From the IMG/VR virus record IMGVR_UViG_3300006598_000430, positions 1-21,233 of that record: DNA of 21,233 nucleotides; one strand, 5' to 3'. The notes beneath the pieces were generated by a model that saw nothing but the letters and a program-made list of their open reading frames with translations, did not search any database and was not told the origin of the DNA. Below, piece after piece: positions 14,236-21,233 of the stretch (position 1 is its first letter; each line of letters starts with the position of its first letter). The DNA is from a virus. The translations under genes and the position numbers were made by a program.

Positions 14236-17200
14236 GCTGTTAACCCCGCATTCCTACTAATACGTTCATACACGGCATCTGCAAGTTTATCTATGTCCTG
14301 CTCACTACGAATTATTGCATTATTAAGGTTTACATCAATGTCATAGTTATTCGTAGTGCCACTGCCCTGAAGTTGCGGTAAACCGTCGAAGTTAACCATT
14401 GCAGCAGACACATTATACGTAACACTAACAGGTGGTGCTTCTACACTGTCCAGAATACCATTCATCTGATTAACTGCCGCCTGAAGTGCGGGAATTGCCG
14501 CTAATATACCACTCGTGTAGGAATTGACAAATGTGTAACCAAGATCATACGCTTTCTCTGCAAGATTCAACTTTTCAAGGATTGATGATTTTACTGTATC
14601 TACTGTAGCGTCAAGTTCAGGTTTCTTCTCTTCTACACCTTTCTTGTAAGACTCAACTAATTCCTTGCCCTCGGTGTTAGAGTCAACCTTTACCTGTTCT
14701 TTCTTCTCCTCATCGATTGTAGGCGTGACAGTTGCATCAACAGTCTGTGTTACATTTGTATCATAATCATCTACGTTATAATCAGAATAATCAAATGTTT
14801 CTAATTTTGTAGAGGGATAAATCGATATAATTAATTCTTTATTCTCAATTGTAGTAGTAAAGTTCTCTGCAAACTCTTCTGCTGCCGCTTTACCTGTTTT
14901 CCCTGCATCTTCTACAGTCTTATCAATTTCACCATTTATAATCGCTTTAAGTCCTGCTGCACTCGTGTTACCTGAAAGAACATCGGCAAAGTTGTTATTA
15001 TACAGAATTGATGCTTCTTTTGCACTTTCTTCAACCTCTTCTGTTTCGTCCTCAATAACATTATCAGTAACAACTTCAATTTTAAGGGAAACTGTCTTGG
15101 TTATAGGTTTATCAATCAGTTTTTCCGTATCCTTCCACTTCTGATAGAAATCAGTCCACCATTCATCAAGCGGCTGTTCCATCTTCAGTTTAGTGTTTAA
15201 CGCATTTTGTAAATCTTCAGGTAACTTACCAGATTCGGATGCTACAGAATCAAGGAAAGCGATTAACTGTTTTTCTTCATCTTGGAGTCCATCTAAAAGA
15301 TTAATAAATGGATCTGCTGCCTTAAACCCTGTGCTCATCTTTTCCATTATAGTTCTGTCATAAGATGCCCACTCATAAAGAATCAAATCAAACTCTTTCC
15401 TAAACTCTTCATGGAAGGCAGCCCAGGGTTTCTGTTCCTTTACTTGTTCATCTATTTTCTTCTTTAATTTCTCTGGTATTTCACCACCATTTTTTTCAAT
15501 TAAAGTTTGTAATTCACCAATAAATTGTTTATCATCATCTGTTAATTCTGTTAAATCGACAACCTTTCTTGAAAGTTCAAGTGCCTTAAAATTATTTAAT
15601 TCATCTTCAGTAAGATTCTTAGTATCTAATTTACTGAACGTATCATTGAATTTCTGTTCAAAAATATTAGCACTCTTTACAGCACCATCTTCCATTGTTT
15701 TATAGACATCAGGTAAACCAGACTCTACACCATCATTTATGCCGTCTGTAACTGCCTTGCCTACAGGTTTAGCCTTCTCTTTGACATCAGGTGCTTTACC
15801 CATAATACCGTCGATGAAACCCTTTACAAATGCTGCACCTGCTTCTACAGCCGCTTTGATTGCACTGATAATGAAGTCCTGGATTCCACCATTTAAGATC
15901 CATTCAATAAGTGAAGAACCAACATTCGGTGCAGCATCAATGATTCCCTTACAGAAATCAACGATCATACGGAATCCAACCTCAAGCATCTTAAGAGGTA
16001 AACCACCAACTAACCTGATGATTCCACCAATAAGACCACCTAAAGCGTTGAATAATCCGTTTACATCACCATTAATAAATGCATCAAATAAATTAGAAAC
16101 ACTACCAAAGATTACACCAAACGTTTCACTAATAAAATCAGTAAGAATTTTAATATGATCCATTATGAACGTGATAGCATTGGCAGTAATATCTCTGATT
16201 CCAAACCAATTATTCTTCCAGGCAAACCAGAGTGCGGTAACTGCCGCTACAATTAAAACAATCCAACCAATCAAGGGTAACAATGCTGCAATAGCGCCCA
16301 TGATTGCAGGAATAGCGGCTGTGAATGCTCCACCTACACCTGTAATAGCACCATAAACTCCTGAAAGTCCACCTAAGAGTAACTTCTGAACTGCACCGCC
16401 AACACCAAGAGTTTTGAATGTCCCTACAAATGTTGCAATACCACTCTTAGCAACGGTTAAAGGACCATTCATGTTTAGTAATGAGGATGCAAACATTCCT
16501 ACTGAATCCTTGATATCCATTATGTTTTTACCAAAGATTACAGCGTCAGGATTGAGTGTAACCATCCCTGCACGTAAGATACCAATGCGCTCTATTACAA
16601 GTCCTATTCTACCGATAAGACCTACCATTGGTGAAAGTGTCCATAAAATAATACCAGTAAATAACATTAATGGAATGCCAATAAGTGTAAATGCAACACC
16701 CATTGCTGTTATTTTGGCAATAAGATTCTTTGTTCCTTCATCTAATCCATTAAACCATTCAACTACACCAATTACACGATTAGCAATATCTTGTAAGATA
16801 GGAACAAAGTTCTGTGCAACCATTATACAAAACTCTTTAATACCGTCAAAGTTCTCATTTAACGAATCAAATAATACTTTTAATGCAGGTGCTACGGATC
16901 TATAAATTTCACCCGCCGCCGATGTTATATGATTATTTAAAATAGTCCAACTTGCAGCAGTAGAAGCGGTAACAATATCAGATTGTCTTTGTGCTTCATT
17001 CACTTCACCTTCAGTATAAGTAACATACTCTAAAACTTCAGCATATTTTTCCTTATCTCTGGTGAGTTGCATCATTGCAGCATATGACTGTTTACCAAAA
17101 ACAGTAGAAAACTCACCTTCAGTCATGCCCGCTTCACGCGCTTTCCACAACTCATTGAGAATTTCAGCAGGTGCTTTCATTCCAGTAGCGGAGAAATCAT

Positions 17201-18329
17201 TAACTTGTTTTTCAAGGGCTTTTACTTTAGCAGTCTGTGTTTCTATTGCAGAATTAGATTTACTAACTTCATTCTTCATTACACGTTCTGCGTAAAGTGC
17301 TTCATCAAGTGCCTTCTTTAAACTCTTATATTGCTCAGATGATTTATCTAAACCTACCATCTGCCCTTGTAACTGAATAATAAAATCTTTATGTTTTTGT
17401 ATTTCTTCGTTAGATGCAGATGTATCACTCTTCATCTGTTCAAGTGCTTCAGATGCACTATAATACTCTGCAACTAAACCATTTATTTCTTCACTGTTGG
17501 TATAGACCGAAATACCCCACTTACGCATAATATTCATTGATTCAGCAGTAGGGGCAATTAAATCAGTAAATGCGTCACGTAAGATTCTTCCACCATTCTG
17601 ACCAGTGAAAGTCAAATCACGTAACATTGCAATCATTGTTAATCCTTCATTATAACTGTAACCAAGCGCAGCAAATGTAGGATTAATATATTTCATTGCA
17701 TACACTAAATCTTCAGCATCAAGCACCGATGCACTCATTGATGCTGCCATAGCGTGAGTTACATTTGTAGCATCAGAAGCATTTAATTTATATGCCTGCA
17801 ATGTTCCGTATAACATTTTAAAAGTAGTATCAAGATCCATGTTTTGTGCAGTTGCAAGGTTGATAACTTCAGGCATTAATGTATAAATATCTTCAACCTG
17901 CATACCTGCCTGAGCCATACCATACATAGACTCCATGATCTCATTTGCTGAGAACATTGTATTACCAGCAAGGGAAAAGGCAAAATCTTCTAAATCTTTC
18001 TTAACATCGTTTACATTACGTCCCATCAAATCAAAAACAGCGGTAGTTTTCTGCGACGTTGAATCAAGTTCACTACCGATTTCAAAAATGGAACCTGCAA
18101 TACGAGTAAGAGGATAGACCATTGCGACAGAAGCAGCACCCGTAGCACCTACAACAGTGTTGCCGGTTGTTTTGAGTGTTCTTTCAATAGAACCACCCAT
18201 ACGTCCTATTGTTCCTGCCATTGATGCACTAGTAGCGGCAGTAATACCTTGTGCCTGTGCCATCTTATTTTGAAAGTCAGTAATATTACCGCCGACATAA
18301 ATTACAATGTCATTATCTCCAAGTTGCAT
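14232..18329 (-). CDS. Tail tape measure protein
   Basis: About 1365 aa with a TP901-like core (FSANEIMESMYGMAQAG, LKYINP-like YAMKYINP, GQNGGRILR) and long amphipathic/hydrophobic repeats. It follows the chaperone genes. AGGTGA SD favours the ATG at 18329. Confidence 0.92.
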   Translation of the reverse strand: MQLGDNDIVIYVGGNITDFQNKMAQAQGITAATSASMAGTIGRMGGSIERTLKTTGNTVVGATGAASVAMVYPLTRIAGSIFEIGSELDSTSQKTTAVFDLMGRNVNDVKKDLEDFAFSLAGNTMFSANEIMESMYGMAQAGMQVEDIYTLMPEVINLATAQNMDLDTTFKMLYGTLQAYKLNASDATNVTHAMAASMSASVLDAEDLVYAMKYINPTFAALGYSYNEGLTMIAMLRDLTFTGQNGGRILRDAFTDLIAPTAESMNIMRKWGISVYTNSEEINGLVAEYYSASEALEQMKSDTSASNEEIQKHKDFIIQLQGQMVGLDKSSEQYKSLKKALDEALYAERVMKNEVSKSNSAIETQTAKVKALEKQVNDFSATGMKAPAEILNELWKAREAGMTEGEFSTVFGKQSYAAMMQLTRDKEKYAEVLEYVTYTEGEVNEAQRQSDIVTASTAASWTILNNHITSAAGEIYRSVAPALKVLFDSLNENFDGIKEFCIMVAQNFVPILQDIANRVIGVVEWFNGLDEGTKNLIAKITAMGVAFTLIGIPLMLFTGIILWTLSPMVGLIGRIGLVIERIGILRAGMVTLNPDAVIFGKNIMDIKDSVGMFASSLLNMNGPLTVAKSGIATFVGTFKTLGVGGAVQKLLLGGLSGVYGAITGVGGAFTAAIPAIMGAIAALLPLIGWIVLIVAAVTALWFAWKNNWFGIRDITANAITFIMDHIKILTDFISETFGVIFGSVSNLFDAFINGDVNGLFNALGGLIGGIIRLVGGLPLKMLEVGFRMIVDFCKGIIDAAPNVGSSLIEWILNGGIQDFIISAIKAAVEAGAAFVKGFIDGIMGKAPDVKEKAKPVGKAVTDGINDGVESGLPDVYKTMEDGAVKSANIFEQKFNDTFSKLDTKNLTEDELNNFKALELSRKVVDLTELTDDDKQFIGELQTLIEKNGGEIPEKLKKKIDEQVKEQKPWAAFHEEFRKEFDLILYEWASYDRTIMEKMSTGFKAADPFINLLDGLQDEEKQLIAFLDSVASESGKLPEDLQNALNTKLKMEQPLDEWWTDFYQKWKDTEKLIDKPITKTVSLKIEVVTDNVIEDETEEVEESAKEASILYNNNFADVLSGNTSAAGLKAIINGEIDKTVEDAGKTGKAAAEEFAENFTTTIENKELIISIYPSTKLETFDYSDYNVDDYDTNVTQTVDATVTPTIDEEKKEQVKVDSNTEGKELVESYKKGVEEKKPELDATVDTVKSSILEKLNLAEKAYDLGYTFVNSYTSGILAAIPALQAAVNQMNGILDSVEAPPVSVTYNVSAAMVNFDGLPQLQGSGTTNNYDIDVNLNNAIIRSEQDIDKLADAVYERISRNAGLTA

Positions 18330-18334
18330 CAATC

Positions 18335-18709
18335 TCACCTTTTCTTCTGCTTCTGTCGTTTAGCCTGCTTTGCTTCTTCAGCATTCTTTAAGGACAATAT
18401 TTTAGAAATAGCAAGATACTTCTGTTCCGGTAATTGATTCAGGTGTTCCCATGACCAACCAAAAGCATCAATTAATACAAAGTCTGCAAAATCTTCATCG
18501 TCAGAACCATTCCGTAAGGCATGTTTCCATCGCGCTATTTTTTTGTAATAAGTATCCTCTTCCAGAAGATTACGTAAGTATTTACGTTCTTTGAGTTTCT
18601 TACGCACTTCTGCTACTTTATTGTTTGAAAAAGAAAGTTGTCCTACTTCTTCTTCAACTTGAGTTCCTTCGGCGCTTCCTGTGTATTCGTCGCGTAACCT
18701 CTGAAAAAA
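18335..18709 (-). CDS. C-terminal (T) part of the G-T tail assembly chaperone, reached by -1 frameshift
   Basis: The -1 frame is open from the slippery site T TTT TTC (18709-18703) to the TGA at 18335 and includes the ORF-track ORF 18335-18607. It contains FGWSWEHLNQLP. Confidence 0.75.
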   Translation of the reverse strand, partial: FFQRLRDEYTGSAEGTQVEEEVGQLSFSNNKVAEVRKKLKERKYLRNLLEEDTYYKKIARWKHALRNGSDDEDFADFVLIDAFGWSWEHLNQLPEQKYLAISKILSLKNAEEAKQAKRQKQKKR

Positions 18710-19065
18710 CGGTTCACATCGCCGCCAAGAACATCCTTACACTGTTGGAAAATCTTATCCATTTCCCCAATAGGAACAGTGTCAAAGTCCTCTATATTCC
18801 ACATCTTATTTGTAGCGAGAGAAATCGTAGTAACCACAATGAAATCTTCTTCACGCTCAGAATATTCAATAATTTCATCGGGATGCTTGTTTGCAATCAT
18901 AGCAAGAGCATCTTCAATTTTCATACTATCGTCAAGTTCATCCTTGAACCTGGATAGAAGTTCAATAAGCATTGCTTTCTGCATCTTACGAACTTTACGC
19001 ACAATACCGTGGTAAGGTTCATCAGACAGTTCATATGTTTCATTGTTAATAATAACGTTAACCAT
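18643..19065 (-). CDS. Tail assembly chaperone (G)
   Basis: 140 aa between the tail tube and tape measure genes, with a slippery heptamer near its 3' end. Confidence 0.8.
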   Translation of the reverse strand: MVNVIINNETYELSDEPYHGIVRKVRKMQKAMLIELLSRFKDELDDSMKIEDALAMIANKHPDEIIEYSEREEDFIVVTTISLATNKMWNIEDFDTVPIGEMDKIFQQCKDVLGGDVNRFFRGYATNTQEAPKELKLKKK

Positions 19066-19088
19066 AATAATCAGTAAGAAAAAAATAT

Positions 19089-20012
19089 TTAGGCTATTGT
19101 AAGCCCGGTAACTTGCAGCGATTCCAATTTATCCCCAATAACCTCATCAGGCTTGACATCAAGGGGATACTCGGGGAACTGAACACCCGTAAGCGTGAAA
19201 GTCTTGCTATCACACGTAAACTTAAATCCACACTGTGTAAGTGCTCGAACCTGTGTAAGAAGATCAAGATCATCATAATACAGTTCAAGACCAAGTTTAA
19301 CGTCCTTACCCACGTTTACAACACCTGCAATATGAGTGCTGTTAGTAGAGGCAAGATCCTTGAGGTAGACATTCTTATTCGAGATAGACAACTCAATCTC
19401 ACGCACAATATCAGTAGCATTGACCCAGGAAGAACCATTGTCTGTGCTTAACTTAATGGCACTAATATCATCACACGTAAGCATTGCATCGGTGATCTCC
19501 GTTGCATTACTACCCGTTCCCTTGTAATCAGTAGCGGAAGGTGCGGCAGCATCAGCAGCAGTAAACTTAGCAGAACACTTCAGCACATCATCTTCAGGAA
19601 TGGTGAGCGTAAACTCATCAACTACACATCCCTCGTAGAGAAGATACTTATTCGTCCCACCTGTGATAATTGCACCAATCGTAACGGAATTAATACCATC
19701 TACAAGACCAGTGCAAGTAGTATCATCACCACCAAGCGCAAACCCAATGAAACCACTCATAATGTCCTGTGGCACATACTCAATTTCAATACCCGCTTCC
19801 ATTACAGTCTTAATGTGCTTGTAAGCAGCAGACTTCGGATTAGTGTAGGCAGCATCCGTAAAATACCGCGTGGAAAATGACTTTGGTTTATCCGTAAACT
19901 TAGCATCGGTAACAATACCAATCCAAGCCATTTTAGGATTCGTAGGTATTGTACCAAAAGTAGTTTCTTTAACATATTCAACAGTTGTAGTATAACCTGC
20001 GTTCTGTCCCAT
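19089..20012 (-). CDS. Major tail tube protein
   Basis: VEYVKETTFGTIPT N-terminal motif, YEGCVVDEFTLT, and gene position. AGGTGA SD favours the ATG at 20012. Confidence 0.85.
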   Translation of the reverse strand: MGQNAGYTTTVEYVKETTFGTIPTNPKMAWIGIVTDAKFTDKPKSFSTRYFTDAAYTNPKSAAYKHIKTVMEAGIEIEYVPQDIMSGFIGFALGGDDTTCTGLVDGINSVTIGAIITGGTNKYLLYEGCVVDEFTLTIPEDDVLKCSAKFTAADAAAPSATDYKGTGSNATEITDAMLTCDDISAIKLSTDNGSSWVNATDIVREIELSISNKNVYLKDLASTNSTHIAGVVNVGKDVKLGLELYYDDLDLLTQVRALTQCGFKFTCDSKTFTLTGVQFPEYPLDVKPDEVIGDKLESLQVTGLTIA

Positions 20013-20017
20013 AATTT

Positions 20018-20416
20018 TCACCTTCTCTTTCTAAATTCAATTACAACAATGTCTAATTCACGTTTCATTGCACTATTCTTTTCAACAAATGCAGGAGCAA
20101 CAGGAGAAATATAACTTACACCACCATAAATGCATAATGTAAGTTCCCGTCCATAATCCAGGAAAGCATCTGTAATCAATTTGAAAATGCGATTGATCTC
20201 ACTCTTCTTATCAGAAATGATTGCAATGCGCACTAATTCATGTGTCTTTGTTCCATCGATGATTAGGGTTTCTCTCCCCGCTACAATGTCTATTACAACG
20301 GTAGGGGGAGCGAATCTTTCCGATTCGGGATAAATGGTAGTAACTTTATTTTTAAGTTCTGGAACTTTATCTTCAATAAAATTTGCAAGTTCCTTTAAAA
20401 CACCATCTATATCCAT
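20018..20416 (-). CDS. Tail terminator-like protein
   Basis: 132 aa directly upstream of the tube gene, with the PPTVVI motif; mainly positional. Confidence 0.55.
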   Translation of the reverse strand: MDIDGVLKELANFIEDKVPELKNKVTTIYPESERFAPPTVVIDIVAGRETLIIDGTKTHELVRIAIISDKKSEINRIFKLITDAFLDYGRELTLCIYGGVSYISPVAPAFVEKNSAMKRELDIVVIEFRKRR

Positions 20417-20838
20417 TATAATCCCGCCAATGAAATATTTGCATTTAATAAATTCACACGTTTAATTAACTGACCAAGTTTAATACTATAGATAAACTTA
20501 ATCTGTCTTACATCATGGATAATACCACGTTCAGAATCAGGATATTTGTAGCGTGGTTCATTGGCAATCGGTTTGAATTTCTCTGTGCCAAACACAAGAA
20601 CCGTATTGTAAGGAACGTAAGAATTTTGACTTACGATTGCATACTTCAACGCTTCTTTACGTTCATAGAACCAAGAACTCATGTAGCGACCTGTATCATA
20701 TGGTGCAGAGTCCTTGATCTCCTTTGTCATATCAGCACTAAAGAGATCAAGCGTATTATCTACATTCTCCTGCACAGCAGCAAGAATCTGACTTAACTTT
20801 AGATTAGTTTCCTCTACACCTTGCACCATTATTTTCAT
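20416..20838 (-). CDS. HK97 gp10-like tail completion protein
   Basis: MKIMVQGVEE...APYDTGRYMSSW matches the gp10-like APxDTGxLxxS pattern. Confidence 0.7.
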   Translation of the reverse strand: MKIMVQGVEETNLKLSQILAAVQENVDNTLDLFSADMTKEIKDSAPYDTGRYMSSWFYERKEALKYAIVSQNSYVPYNTVLVFGTEKFKPIANEPRYKYPDSERGIIHDVRQIKFIYSIKLGQLIKRVNLLNANISLAGL

Positions 20839-21215
20839 AGTGCAGACTCCAGGTGTGCTTCAAGTAAGTAATATGATGTTCCAAAAATCTCTTTTCCTAC
20901 AATCTGGTATTTACCAACGTTATCAACGTAGTAATCACGGTTTAGAACAATGGTATCACCATCTTGAATATTGATAAAAATGTTGATGATACCAAATTGT
21001 TCAACTCCAGTGCGATCTAAACGTCCAAATACATTAGAATGTAAGTCATATGCGCGGGCAGGGAGAACAACAGCCCAATATTTTACTTCTTTATATGTGG
21101 TGGTTGATTCTTGATAAAAAGTGTCAGAGGGAGTTGTAGATTTCTGAATAAGAAAGGTGCAATAAGCGCCTAATTTCTTTAATATATTATTCATTTTAAA
21201 CCCACTCTGTTGCAT
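20835..21215 (-). CDS. Head-closure/head-tail adaptor protein
   Basis: 126 aa upstream of the gp10-like gene, with an AAGGTGG SD; positional assignment. Confidence 0.5.
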   Translation of the reverse strand: MQQSGFKMNNILKKLGAYCTFLIQKSTTPSDTFYQESTTTYKEVKYWAVVLPARAYDLHSNVFGRLDRTGVEQFGIINIFINIQDGDTIVLNRDYYVDNVGKYQIVGKEIFGTSYYLLEAHLESAL

Positions 21216-21233
21216 AAAACCACCTTAAAAAAA

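Noticed and set aside
1-21233. CRISPR arrays, tRNA/rRNA genes, integrase/att sites, IS elements
   Set aside because: I saw no regularly spaced repeats, cloverleaf-like sequence, recombinase or transposase ORFs in this window.

Overview
This window is part of a tailed, siphovirus-like virus or provirus genome, most likely infecting an archaeon. The host call rests on a PriS/PriL-type primase, an ERCC4 nuclease, a TATA box and GGTGA Shine-Dalgarno sites. A rightward replication/nucleotide module (1-3042) converges on a long leftward late operon (21215 to 3193). The late operon runs head-tail connector, HK97 gp10-like, terminator, tail tube, frameshifted G/GT chaperone, tape measure, hub, two paralogous tail proteins, two fibres and a putative lysis pair. 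The standout is a diversity-generating retroelement (DGR) inside the late operon. An Mtd-like fibre gene (5735-7126) ends in a variable repeat (5761-5891), followed by a template repeat (5552-5682) and a DGR-type reverse transcriptase (4398-5429). By manual alignment TR and VR differ at 27 of 131 positions, and all 27 are adenines in the coding-strand TR. No avd gene is visible; where avd normally lies there is only SD-ATG-TAG-TAA. Other oddities are a GC-rich swapped second fibre, a holin-like plus HEXXH peptidase pair, an ERCC4 gene apparently starting at ATA, and a dTMP-kinase-like protein lacking both conserved arginines. All family assignments come from motif recognition by eye, not from database searches.
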